A DNA stretch of 64,000 nt, taken from NCBI RefSeq assembly GCF_006345805.1, contig NC_043000.1:161014001-161078000 (forward strand), written 5' to 3'. Source of the stretch: Octopus sinensis (taxonomy: Eukaryota). The translations under genes and the position numbers were made by a program. Positions 39,484 to 54,153 of this stretch are shown one piece after another; position 1 is the stretch's first letter; the number at the start of each line of letters is the position of its first letter. The notes below the pieces were generated by a model, which worked only from the letters and a program-made list of their open reading frames with translations, was not told where the DNA came from and ran no database searches.

Positions 39484-40070
39484 TATTTACGTGTGTGTAT
39501 GTGTGTGTGTGCGTATCTGTGTGAGTGTGTATGTGTGTGTGTAAGTATAAGATTTATAAGCAGAAAATGTCTCTTTTCAAAGGAAGAAAACAAAAATATG
39601 AAACAGACAAGTGTGTATATGATGGACAAACAGCATAACAGATAAATTGAAAATAGAAAACTGAGACACAAAATGGCATTACAAGCATAATGTTACCGTA
39701 GAATGTTTACAAGAAAAGTCTTTTTATGACAATTACCTTACAAGACTGAGCATAACGTAAGTAGGTAAAGAAAACTCACCGTACAGGGATCTTAATATCG
39801 TATATTGTTATATGATGTGCTTATGCAAAAGAAAAACCCCACAGTGACACTTACATACATGCATATACATACGCACACATACATACATAGATACATACAC
39901 ACACACACGCACATATATACGTAAATACATTTATATATATATATATAATATATATATATATATGCACATATATTACACATATATATACATACATATGTAA
40001 TATATATGTATACATCTATACATATATATATATACATACATACATACATACATACATTCATATATATATA

Positions 40071-40121
<51 letters not shown>

Positions 40122-41609
40122 TATCAAAAGGATGTGTTATAATACTATTCCACATATAAAAAAATAGCCATACCAACAATCCTATATCTTCTGCTGCTCT
40201 ACGGATATCATTATGGTTTCGACACCTGGAGAGTACCATTCAATCTGGTGCTGTAAACAACACTAAAATAAGTGTTGTTTGGTAACATATACATAAAAGA
40301 AACCACAACTCTCAAACACATTTACCATATGTACAACAGTATCGGTAAAAAAATTCAATTGAATACCTAAATATTTATCCAACTCCTAAATACGTAATTA
40401 AACTATTCCCTACAGCCTTCCATAGTATAATATTCAAGCTAAATATAGGCAGGATCAAACACTAACTTTAAAATTAAACTACAACAAGGAAAGAATAAAT
40501 CTATGCACATCTGTATCGGTATTAATAGTAAACATACAATAACTAATTATATACTAAATAGCTACCAATCTTTAAGTCCATACAAATAATAATCCCGTCA
40601 GTCTTCCATGGTTAGTACTATAATAAAAAAAATGTAAGCTTTATATTTAATTCTCTCCAAAACAAAACACAATTGAATTTAATTTAACGAATAATATAAT
40701 AATTATGTGTAAAATACATTATTTTGAAAGTTAATATTAAAAACACTACATGCTCATTAATAGATATTACCCTTACAAGACTTAATTTAGGGTTACCAGT
40801 AACAAATAGAAACATTAAATTTTATTAAATAGGAACTAATAAAAGTATACTTGTAATTAACTATTATTATAAAACCTTGCTACGATTAAGGTTAAATTAA
40901 AACTGTTTAAAAGATAATAAAACTTCATAGTATTAACACTTACATGTTTTTCAGAGCACGAGATTCCATCACCTCTAGAACCTAAAAGACTATCTTAATT
41001 ATTGATGACGTAGTGCGTAATTACTACTTCCTTAATTGTCTCAAAAATTATTGGTGACGTAGTAAGCAAATAACTTGAATCGTAAACATTCTAGGTTTTT
41101 GCAAATATTTGATAAGTTGAAGACTAGATATTACCCGATATATATTTAAAATTGCAAGTTTCCCAATTATACAGCGATTGAAAAATTTGACGAAGTCATA
41201 ACAAAAGGTAAATTAACAAAAACATAACAAACGGAAAATTAGGCAAAAACATAAATCACAGAAAATTTGCAGTTGATTCTTTATGAGACAACGTCCAAGT
41301 CAGCCTATTGGTTTCACACTTTTAACATTAATACCACTCAGTATTGGCAGTGACAGAGCTTCTGGGAATAGCTAACGAATATATATAAGGACAAACATAA
41401 GCAAGACAAACTAAAATAATATGACAATTGTATGTGTACAACAAGATAATATTGAAATAATAATCCGTATAGAGCAGAGAAAGGCCTTTCAGCTATGAAT
41501 TGAACGTAGTGAAGTAACACAAAGGAGAACTAGAAAAAAGTTCTAAAGGACAGAGCCTCTGTTTGATATCTGAAAGGTCTTTGTTGTATATGTTGTATAC
41601 TTTTTTAGA

Positions 41610-42035
<426 letters not shown>

Positions 42036-42794
42036 TTCTGTTGTATATGCATTATTATTTTATTATTTTTTCTTTTGTTGTATACGTACTGTTGTTAAAT
42101 TATTTTAGCTTCTCTTATTAGTTTTTGTCCTTGTATATACATTCCTGTTCTAACGCTACCAATATTGAGTAGTACGAATGTTAAAAGTACAAAACCATTA
42201 GGATGTCTTGGACATAGACTGATGAGGGATCAGCTGCGAATTTGCCGTGTATTACGTTTTTGTCTAATAGTTATACATTATATAAACAGGATAATGCCGT
42301 GACGATTCTAATGTCTAAAACACAGTCTTCGAGATCAGTTCCAATGATTCATTCTTAAAAACACTGCGCGAATTTGAAACATCCAAATGAATGTTCATCA
42401 CTTGAAATCAGTGACAAAAATTTAGTTCAAGATCTGTTTCTTGCTTTTTCAATTATAATTTGCAACACACTTCCTTTTGATATGATATGTATTTAGAAAT
42501 TTGCATGGCAAACATTGAGGTTTAACTGAATTTGTCAAACATGTAACAATGAAGGAAATCAACCCTCGCGTCCTCATTTTTTGCCCTTGAATGAAGTACT
42601 AGGCAATGAAGACTTTGCCTATACAGTGTAGGATACACTGTTCGCATGGTGACATTTGACACTTCGTACTTTGATTTAGAACTAAGGACGAGAATTCAAA
42701 GGTATAAGCTCAATTTATTACACATCGGCCCATTGACTACAATATTTCCGACGAAGTACACACACAAGTCACACTAAAATATATCGTTAGTAAC

Positions 42795-43913
42795 AAGAAC
42801 AGCTAAAGCAAGATATCCTCGCCAAACCACAAATAATCAGCCGGTATGAAATAGACGCCAATGCAGCACCACCAGCAGAAGAAGTGGAAGAATTTTGGAA
42901 AGAATTATGGTCGGCGAAGAAAGGTTTATCAGAACAATGAACTTAGCACCTGAACAAATCTAGACCCCTATAACAACAGAAAAGGTAACCCAAGCATTGC
43001 AAAAACTAAGCAACTGGAAGGCACCTGGGCACGATAAGATAACCAATAAAATATCTGACAGGACATAAAGACATGAAAAGGTGGCTGAGAAATTTAATGA
43101 CATACTAGGAGAGCCAGAGACAATGCCTGAATGGTTCAGAAAAGGGAAACTATCCTAATTCCCAAATCCCCTGAAACAGAAAACTTACAAAATTTCAGAC
43201 CAATAAATTGTCTCTCTACAATTTACAAAGCCTTTACTGCAATAATACCGCGGAGAATGAGCCATCAACTGGAAGAAAACAACGTTTTTCCAGAAGAGCA
43301 GAAGAGATGCTGCAAGGGCTCATACAGTCCTGGCTAAGAAGGAATATATTCGCAGACCCGACAGAGTTGGGACTACATACACGGGAAGGTATGCCAACAC
43401 TATGGAATTACAACAAGAAAAAGATGGTATAGGCACATGCCATAAAAGGTCACAGAAAATGAAAAATCAACAATACTATGGGATATGCCAATACACACAG
43501 ATAGAGAAATTAAGGTCAATAGTCCATTATCATTGTCAGAGATCATGAAGAAAAAATGCTTTCTAATTGATGTATCAATGCCAACAGATGTGAACGTTTC
43601 TCTAAAAGAAACGAGAAATCTTTCAAAATACAAAGACCTGGAAATAGAGTCTGAAAGCAGAAACAATTCCTATCATAGTGGGCGCATCAGTTATGATAAA
43701 AAATATTCAGACAAATACATAACAAAACAGCAGGACTCACAAATATATATAACATACAGAAAATAGCGTTACTAGGCACTGCACACATCCCACGCAAAAC
43801 ACTTTCAAAACAGTAACCACAAGCGCATCACAGTAAACCACAGCACATACCCAAAGTAAACAGAGCTGCGCTCAGTAGTGCAGTGGAAGCAAATTATAAA
43901 AATAAGACTACTG
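42795..43913 (+). mobile_element. R4/Dong-like LINE, internally deleted
   Basis: LSNWKAPGHDKI, KGKTILIPKS, FRPINCLSTIYK and FPEEQKRCCKGSY are joined directly to the post-CCHC region at ~43325; 3' end ACTACTG(AAT)n. Confidence 0.85.
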
Positions 43914-43940
43914 AATAATAATAATAATAATAATAATAAC

Positions 43941-44004
<64 letters not shown>

Positions 44005-44007
<3 letters not shown>

Positions 44008-44320
44008 GAGAAACTCTCAAAATACAAGGACCTGGAAATAGAGGTAACTAGAATGTGGAACCTGAAAACAGAAACAATTCCTATCATAGTAGGTGCATTA
44101 GGCATGATAAAAAAATATTCAGATAAATACATAACAAAAACACCAGGACTTACAAACACATATAACATACAGAAAATTGCACTACTAGGCACTGCACACA
44201 TCCTACGCAGAACACATACAATAACCATCAGAGCATCACAACAAATCACAGCACATACCCAAGGCACACAGAGCTGCGCTCGGTAGTGAAGTTAAAGCAC
44301 GCTATAAAATAAAACTACTG
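44005..44320 (+). mobile_element. R4/Dong-like 3' fragment
   Basis: MEKLSKYKDLEIEV..LLGTAHILRR plus 3' UTR, flanked by (AAT)n. Confidence 0.9.
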
Positions 44321-44351
<31 letters not shown>

Positions 44352-44357
44352 GAATAA

Positions 44358-44406
<49 letters not shown>

Positions 44407-44438
44407 TAATAATAATAATAATAAATAATAATATTAAT

Positions 44439-44771
44439 AACGTGTCTCTAAAAAAATGGAGAAACTCTCAAAATACAAAGACCTGGAAATAGAGGTAACT
44501 AGAATGTGGAACCTGAAACAGAAACAATTCCTATCATAGTAGGTGCATTAGGCATGATAAAAAAATATTCAGATAAATACATAACAAAAACACCAGGACT
44601 TACAAACACATATAACATACAGAAACTTGCACTACTAGGCACTGCACACATCCTACGCAGAACACATACATAACCATCAGAGCATCACAACAAATCACAG
44701 CACATACCCAAGGCACACAGAGCTGCGCTCGGTAGTGAAGTTAAAGCACGCTATAAAAAAATAAACTACTG
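44439..44771 (+). mobile_element. R4/Dong-like 3' fragment
   Basis: Near-identical to 44005-44320, about 20 nt longer at its 5' end. Confidence 0.9.
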
Positions 44772-44861
44772 AATAATATAATAATAATGATAATTATAAT
44801 AATAATAATAATAATAATAATAAAATATATAATATAATAATATAATATAATAATGATGATG

Positions 44862-44911
<50 letters not shown>

Positions 44912-44929
44912 TAATAATAATAATAATAA

Positions 44930-47061
44930 GATATCGCAAAGGCTGAACAAGCACCTGGACGAAAACAACTGTTTCCAGAAGAGCAGAAAGGATGCCGCAA
45001 AGGCTCATATGGCTGTAAAGATCAACTAATGATTAATAAAGCCGTAACTGAAGACAGCCACAGAAAGAAGAAAGGCCTCAGTATGGCCTGGATTGACTAC
45101 AAAAAGGCGTTTGATAGCATCCCCCCACATGGATCATCGAAACACTAGCCATTAACAAAGTAGCACCAACAATCATAAAATTCATAGAGCACTCTATGAA
45201 TAAATGGCAAACAGTCCTACACCTCCAAACAAAAGAGGGACTCATGAAAACCGAAGACATCCCCATTAGGAGAGGAATATTCCAGGGAGACACGCTCTCT
45301 CCACTCCTTTTCTGCTTGGCACTGTCACCTCTATCTGATATGCTAAATAGAACTGGATGCGGATATAAATGTTACGGCAAAACGATCAGCCACCTTTTAT
45401 ATATGGATGACCTAAAACTATACGCTGCAAATGACAAACAGCTGGAAACACTATTAAAGACAGTTCATGGATTTACCAAAGAAATAGATATGAAATTTGG
45501 ATTAGAAAAATGCGCCAAAGTAACCATGAAAAGAGGAAAACTAGTTAAGAGTAACAACATCACACTAGATAAAACCAATGAAATAAAAGAATTAGACCAA
45601 AACCAAACTTACAAATATTTGAGAATCCATGAACTAGACAAGACACAACACACACAAATGAAAGAGAAAATAAAAAAGAATTTTATAGACGAGTTAGATC
45701 AATACTAAACACAGAGCTCAATGCTAAAAACAAGATAATAGGTATCAACACTTTAGCTGTCCCAGTTATAAGTTACAGCTACAATATCCTTAACTGGACA
45801 CGAAATGAACTGTCCAAAATAGATAGGAAAACAAGAAAAATACTGACAGGATCCAGGATGCATCACCCAAAATCTGACATAGAAAGACTATATATACAAC
45901 GTATAGAAGGTGGTAGAGGCCTTATACAGCTGGAAAACTACTATAAAATAACCACCATAGGACTGCAAAAATATCTACTTCAGAAGGAAGGAAAACTGAT
46001 CCAGATAGCAGCAAAACACGAGCAAAACAAAAAACTGTTCTCAGTATTTAAGGAAGCTGACAAATACAAACAAGAAATCATACCACCTAATAAATATGAA
46101 GAAGAAGAAGAAGAAGATGATGGAGAAACAACAAAAGCTATAAAACAAATGAAATCCAAACTAAAAATAGAACAGCAACGAACCATGATAAAACGATGGC
46201 AAGAAAAGCCCCTTCATGGTAAATACTGGACTAAACTAAACGCAAAAGAAATAGACAAAGAAAAATCCCAGCAATGGTTGAGAAGCTCAGGACTCAAAGC
46301 AGAAACAGAGGGATTCTTAATTGCAGCACAAGACCAAAGCCTCCCCACCAGAAATTACCAAAAACATGTAATGAAAAGAAATATTACAAGTAACTGCAGA
46401 ATATGTGGAGATGGACAAGAAACAATAAATCATATTATCTCTAGCTGCCCAGTCCTGGCTAAGAAGGAATATATTCACAGACATGACAGAGTTGGATCCT
46501 ACATACATTGGAAGCTATGCCAAAATTATGGAATAACAACAGAAAAAAGATGGTATAGGCACACACCAGAAAAGGTCACCGAAAACCAGAAAGCAACCAT
46601 ACTCTTGGATATGCCGATACACACAGATAGAGAAATTAAGGCCAACAGACCAGATATAGTTGTCAGAGATCATGAAGAAAAAAAATGCTTTCTAATTGAT
46701 GTATCAATACCGGCAGATGACAACGTGTCTCTAAAAGAAATGGAGAAACTCTCAAAATACAAAGACCTGGAAATAGAGGTAACTAGAATGTGGAATCTGA
46801 AAACAGAAACAATTCCTATCATAGTAGGTGCATTAGGCATGATAAAAAAATATTCAGATAAATACATAACAAAAACACCAGGACTTACAAACACATATAA
46901 CATACAGAAAATTGCACTACTAGGCACTGCACACATCCTACGCAGAACACTTTCCATACAATAACCATCAGAGCATCACAACAAATCACAGCACATACCC
47001 AAGGCACACAGAGCTGCGCTCGGTAGTGAAGTTAAAGCACGCTATAAAAATAAAACTACTG
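44930..47061 (+). mobile_element. R4/Dong-clade non-LTR retrotransposon (RT + CCHC knuckle + PD-(D/E)xK endonuclease), 5'-truncated, in (TAA)n
   Basis: WIDYKKAFDS, GIFQGDTLSPLLF, YMDDLKLYA, CRICG..TINHIISSC, RPDIVVRD..CFLIDVSIP and KYKDL; three single-base frameshifts; (AAT)n on both flanks. Confidence 0.95.
45858..46964 (+). CDS. C-terminal 368 aa of the R4/Dong-like polyprotein (zinc knuckle and restriction-like endonuclease)
   Basis: ORF-track protein has CCHC and RPD..D..K motifs; it is the downstream part of a frameshifted longer ORF. Confidence 0.85.
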   Translation: MHHPKSDIERLYIQRIEGGRGLIQLENYYKITTIGLQKYLLQKEGKLIQIAAKHEQNKKLFSVFKEADKYKQEIIPPNKYEEEEEEDDGETTKAIKQMKSKLKIEQQRTMIKRWQEKPLHGKYWTKLNAKEIDKEKSQQWLRSSGLKAETEGFLIAAQDQSLPTRNYQKHVMKRNITSNCRICGDGQETINHIISSCPVLAKKEYIHRHDRVGSYIHWKLCQNYGITTEKRWYRHTPEKVTENQKATILLDMPIHTDREIKANRPDIVVRDHEEKKCFLIDVSIPADDNVSLKEMEKLSKYKDLEIEVTRMWNLKTETIPIIVGALGMIKKYSDKYITKTPGLTNTYNIQKIALLGTAHILRRTLSIQ

Positions 47062-47068
47062 AATAATA

Positions 47069-47803
<735 letters not shown>

Positions 47804-47811
47804 AATAATAA

Positions 47812-47856
<45 letters not shown>

Positions 47857-47861
<5 letters not shown>

Positions 47862-49790
47862 CAGAAACAATTTCTTTCACAATAGGCACATTAGGCATGA
47901 TAAAAAATATATTCAGACAAATACATACCAAAAACACCAGGGCTAACAAATATATAAAATATACAAAAAATAACACTACTAGGCACCGCACACATCCTAC
48001 GTAAAATACTTTCAACATGTAACAATAAGAACATCACAACAAACCAGAGCACATACCCAAGGTACACAGAGCTGCGCTTAGTAGTGCAGTGAGTGTACCT
48101 GATAAAAATAAGTCTACTTAATGATAATAATAATTATAGTAATAATGTTATGAACAAAGCAAATAAACCCCTTCTAGGCAAATATTGGGTTAAGCTAAAC
48201 AGAAAATATTTACACAAAGCAAAATCCCAACAATTGCTGAGAAGCTCTGGACTCAAAGCAGAGAGTGAGGGATTTGTGATTTCAGTACAAGATCAAGGAC
48301 TTCCCACGAGAAATCACTAAAAACACGTAGTGACAAGAAATATAAATAACTGCAGAATATGTGGAGATGGAGAAGAAACAATAAATCATATCATCTCTGG
48401 CTGTCCATTCCTGCCTATGAAGGAATATATTCACAGACACGACAGTGTTCGGACCTATATACACTAGAAACTATGCCAACACTATGGAATAACAACAGAA
48501 AAAAATGATGGTATAGTTAAACGCCAGAAAAGGTCACAGAAATTGAGAAAGCAATCATATTATGGGATATGCCAATACACACAGTTATAGAAATTAAGGC
48601 CAATAAGCCGGATATCGTTGTCAGAGATCATCAAGAAAATGCTTTGTAATCGATGTATCATTACCAAGAGATGACAATGTTTCTCGGTAGTGCAGTGAAA
48701 GCACGTGATAAAAACAAATAAATACAGAATAGACAACACATCAGAAAGTGATAAGTGCGGTATTTGTGGATAAAATGGTGAAACCGTATGGCATATTACC
48801 AGTCAATGCATGACATTAGCCCAGAAAGAATATAAGAGACATCATGACAATATAGCAAGGATTGTCCATTGGACACTTTCAACAAGTATGGAAAGCTGGA
48901 AGAGGTGCCGCTAAGCATTTTCCCCCGCATCTACTAGTACAGTTATCCATTTTTATCAGGGAATCCCGTGGAAATGACAGGGGTTTTACCTCATTAAATA
49001 ATTCCTTATTTTCCATAAAGTAAACAGGAGAAGTAATATTACAAAATTAACTTACAAAATCAATCGTGGATTGAGTAGAATCTAGCACTGAGATCGAGAA
49101 AACAATAAAGGGAAAGGAAATGTAAGAATTGCACCGGGAGTTCCATACTGCAAATGGCAAACAACTCGAAACACTACTGCAGACAGTACACGGATTAACC
49201 AAAGAAATGAATATGAAATTCGATTTTAAAAAGGCACCAAAACGACCTTCAAGAGAGGATAATTACTTCGAAGCACAAATATCATTTCACATAGACAAAC
49301 TGATATAAGAGTTAAAGGTCAAAAGCAGCCATATGAATTCTAACGGATGAATGAACTTGATGGTATATAACACCAACAGATGAATGGCAAGATTAGGAAG
49401 AGATATTATAGATGAATAAGTTCAGTACTTAAACTTGAGCTAAATGCAATAAAGAAAAAATCAAAATCAAGTAATAAGTATCACTTGTCTAGCAGGTGCA
49501 AGAATAAGGTGCATTTTAGATATTCTCTGGAGGATGCTAAATGCCTAGCAATATTAGGCAGAAAAACAACGAAAATATAAACTGCATGTACATACACTCC
49601 TCAACACCTGATATTGAAAAGCTATAATTACTATAAGCACAAGGTGGTAGGGGTCTTACACAACTATGAAACTATTAAAATATTCAGTATAATACTGCAT
49701 AAATATCCGCAGAATTGAAAAGTAATAGAAATAACTACAAAGCATGAACAAAACAAAAACGTATTTTGTCTTCAAAAAAGATAATCAACG
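47857..49790 (+). mobile_element. Further degenerate R4/Dong-like fragments
   Basis: 3'-end fragment at 47857-48120; LRSSGLKAESEGF/CRICG/KPDIVV fragment at 48140-48725; CGICG knuckle at ~48750; RT-thumb remnant at 49140-49790. Confidence 0.75.
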
Positions 49791-50327
49791 GCCATAAAAA
49801 TGTCTCTGACTGTGATTCTTGTGTTTCCATGTATTTTGGCGCTAGTCTGTTGGTCGATGTAGGGTACACCACTTACATATGTCTATACGTTCTCCTGGTC
49901 GATAGAACAGGTATTGTGCTATACATAGGTTAAAGCTTTCTCAATGTGCTCTTGCGAGTGGATACAAAAATGCCCCTTTGATTTTCGAAAACGATATGTT
50001 GCTTCCTATCTGCATCTTCCGCAATAAAATCTTCCGGAAAGGAGATGACAGAGTTTCTTTTTTCTTGTAACATTTCTGACATTCTTTTGTCGGTTCTTAG
50101 TTTCTACGTTCAAACGCTGCGTGAATTAGCATTGCGTTTCCTTTCATTCAGTGTCAATGAAATAAGTGTAGATTTATGTCCACCGAAAAAATAACCTTGT
50201 GTTTAATCGATCAAAATATACCATTATTAGCGTTGTCATCAATGTTTCTGTGACTCCATCGTCGTAGAAAAGATAAAAATGATGATACTGATCATGATGA
50301 TCGTGATGGCCACGATCACGATGATTT

Positions 50328-50376
<49 letters not shown>

Positions 50377-51160
50377 CAGCAGCAGTAGTAGTAGCGGCGG
50401 CGGTCAACGTTCTCACGACTATAACGTTCACTAGATTCTGATTTGGCTGTATGGCAACAAGCCTAAAAATTTGACATGCTGCATGTATGCTAAGTTAATT
50501 AATTTTCTACTTGACCCGATCTCGTTGGTGTCCATCTATTCTGGCATAGCGGATTGGTATAATCGATAGATTTCTTTCAAACTATTCAAAACCTCCCTGC
50601 AGATTTGAGAGGCTTTCGGAATCCACTATCTGATACCCTTATTCTTCGATCTCAGTGTGCATCTAAGTTGTAATTTAAATTTTCCATTAACATTAATGTA
50701 TTCTATCAGGCACCAACTGGATGTTAAAACAAACTGCAAGATTTATACAATATCTACAGGTGGTAATACTATCAGCAGGGGTATGTTTTCTTGCTATTTG
50801 TATTTTTATCATGACTGGTTTAACTGGGGACGGACATGCTATAATTTAAGGATTTTTTTTTTATGGCGGCTATGATGATTTTTTCAGATGGTGTATTTCT
50901 CAGACTCGTCTTATACTCATCTCGTGCTCATTTGATCAAAAGCATTCCAGTCATGACTATGCTGTACTTTCTTCGAACTGCGTTCAAGATTTTATTACTC
51001 AAAGTGTCATTCCATTATTTAAAGAAAGTATTTCGACAGCTATTTCTAGCAGATCGTACAAACACCTAAACGCTTACTCGCTGGATTCGTAGACATCTCG
51101 CTATTGGTTGCGGTAGCATAAATGGTAGTATGTTTAGTATATTTGCTATCCGTTTTTCAT

Positions 51161-51191
<31 letters not shown>

Positions 51192-53930
51192 CGGTGGTGG
51201 TGGTGGTGATGGTGGCAGTGGCGGTGGCGCTGGTACTGGTGGTTGTTTCATCAGTTTCGTGTCAAGTCTTTATTATTTTTTTTAGATTTCGTTAGGTTGT
51301 ACTCAAACTGAATTATAACCAGTAAATCACTCGTTTACAAGATAGAGTGCATCTGGAATAACATCATCCGTTGTTTCGTTTCTTATTGAAATACAATAGG
51401 ATACGATTTGAGACAGAAGTGATTATTATTTCTTTTGGTCTCTTATTGGCTCTGCTCATGTACTTCATGTTGGTGTCATTGTTGAACGAAGTTCCCATAT
51501 TATATATCGTTGCTCGTGATGTATTTTAGTGTGGTAATACTACTATCTTTCAGACTTGTCTGAAAGATATCGAGACAAAACACTCCTGACAGCTTATTTT
51601 TAACAGCATTATGTCACACGCGTGTCTGATCGTCGCTTCTAGAAGAAATAGCTTGCCTTTCTACACGCAAAAACTTCATTTATATTTCAGCTCATGAATA
51701 TTTTTGAATCTGTATGTAATCAATATATATAAATATCTGAAGACGCATATAACCAAGGAGTTGGTAAATAAGTGCTTTCAGATTGTAAACTCTGATCTAT
51801 AACAACCAGGGCCTCGACCTGTGAAAAATATTAGCAGCATGTTTCCAATCACTATGCTAAACAATAAGCATGTATATAAACAAACAGGATGATAATATCA
51901 AGAGAATATCTAATCATAAGGTCAGCTCAGTTTCGATTGACCTGGGATTAAACAGCCGCCACAACTGTATGAATATTAAACAATCTGATTGCCGACACCC
52001 TCATAAGTACTATTACATCTCTTTACTGTAAAATACACATTCTAACTCCGTGATGCAATGTTACAATATATTAGTTGAGCAATAAGATCTGTATATATCT
52101 GAATATGTTTGGTAGCGAGCAAATTAAGAGTTATAAAGCCCTACTGGAAGAAGATTTAAGGTCTTAGTTAAAAAGAATTTCCAACAAAATTGTGGTGAAA
52201 CTAATAAACATTGATTATATTGCTATTTTGACGTAGGCATGAACGCCACACAATCATCTTCTTACCTCCTCATATACATCATGTATAAATGTGCGTCTAT
52301 GAAATATATTTTGTAACTTTATTTTGAGTAAATGCAATCAACGATACCGAATACATATATTTCTTCAATAACGTTTGTACATTTGTAGCAACTCTATAAA
52401 TTACAGGTTGAACCCATAACAATGCCAATTCGTTAATTCAGCAGGACTCAACAGTGTGCCACACAGACTATTAGACACTACGACTCATTTATCAAGGTTT
52501 CTTAATGTTACTAAAATAGCCTCTTCAGCAAAAAAGCTAAGTACTGCTTATCTTATCATGCGCACTTACTATTCATCCTAATCACTAAACAGTTTCACTA
52601 AATATTTATTTCCAGACTTTTGTAGTTTATAGATATTCTCTCACTCCCCATGATGTTTTTCTACAGCCCATCAGCTTATCAAAGTTAGTTAGCTCATGTC
52701 TCTTATAAACTGTTTCAATACCTCCGAATAAAAATATAATGAACTATAATGCCCATTATAAACAATGATATACAAACAATACGCTTTTAATTTTTTAGAA
52801 ACACGTACTTTCAATGCAGTGCAAGAAATGTATACAATAAGATATAGCCGGCGGTATGACTGTAAAGAGAGGGGAGCGAACTAAATACTGAGCAAAATTT
52901 TATTTTGTTCCTCTCTATCTGAGTTGTAAGCCCGCTGGTGTTGATTTTGTTGATCTGTGATCGATAACTCTAGACTAGTGGACTATGGGTTCCAACTGAT
53001 GCATTCTACGGTATCGATTCCCAAATTTCTAAAAGTTGTTGCTATAAAACCGATACAATATTGCAGTGGTTTAGTAGATGTAAAAGACGCCATACGAATT
53101 TGCTTCAGCTTCTTGTGGTTGATAAGATTTAGTACAAGAACTGGGATAAACTTATCGACTATACTCCTCTTTCCTTATTCCAAATTTGTGACCAAGATGC
53201 TAGTGGTAAAAATCAATGTTTTAAACAATATTGAATGGCAGAGGTAAGTTAACAGAATACATAACAGGGTTGAATTTCAAATCCAAGTCTGATTAAAAAA
53301 TATACTTGACGAATGGTTGACCATATCTTAGCTATCAAACTTTATACTTTGCTAACGTTTGGATTATATGAAGAACAATAATGATTATTATAGTATACTT
53401 GTTAATAGACATACCTGATAATGTACTTTATATTTCATAGTTCTTTCCATTGGATAATATCACTTGATAATCTAGTATACATCAATAAGCAATGCATAAG
53501 CATGCCTCTGTGCAACAATGTATATATATAACAGATACTGGGATGTATCTGCATAACATTTAAGCACTTCGCGGGTCTTATTGCGATATTTACGTGTTCT
53601 CTTAATAAAGCGGTAGTAAATTAATCGCATTCAAATCATTTCTTTTCTATGGAAATGAGAAGAGCACAATTTAGGCTTATTCCTCTCTACATTTCGTATT
53701 TTGTGCGAATGTACGAGCTTTATTTCCTTTCTCTCCCCGGCACTAGACACCAACGGATGCACATTTGCTTTTCTCCCTATTTTTGCTTATTTGTCTTTTT
53801 CCCAGTGTTTCTCCACCATCTCTTTCTAACATACAAACGCAAACGTCTCACCTCTTAACTCTTCCGAAAAATATACATACATAGCTATATACATCAATAC
53901 ACGCACACATATAATATACATGTTCATATG

Positions 53931-53963
<33 letters not shown>

Positions 53964-54116
53964 ATATACATATATGCACACACATGCGCATACACTCAAG
54001 CATAAATAGTCGCATACTAACATATATGCATGTGTGTGTATATGATAAAAAATGTATGTATACAATATGCAAGGAACCATATCAATAAGAGCAGCAACAA
54101 TAACAACAGCAGCAGC

Positions 54117-54153
<37 letters not shown>

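Noticed and set aside
40130-41000. AT-rich stretch that superficially resembles mitochondrial DNA (NUMT)
   Set aside because: No recognisable mitochondrial protein or rRNA motif in the frames I tried
42215-42260. CTGATGAGGG...GCGAAT hammerhead-like motif
   Set aside because: No GAAA, helix III or NUH triplet in register
49800-51100. Possible RTE-like LINE remnant on the minus strand
   Set aside because: Only faint motif traces (GFRK, PADSI); too decayed to call
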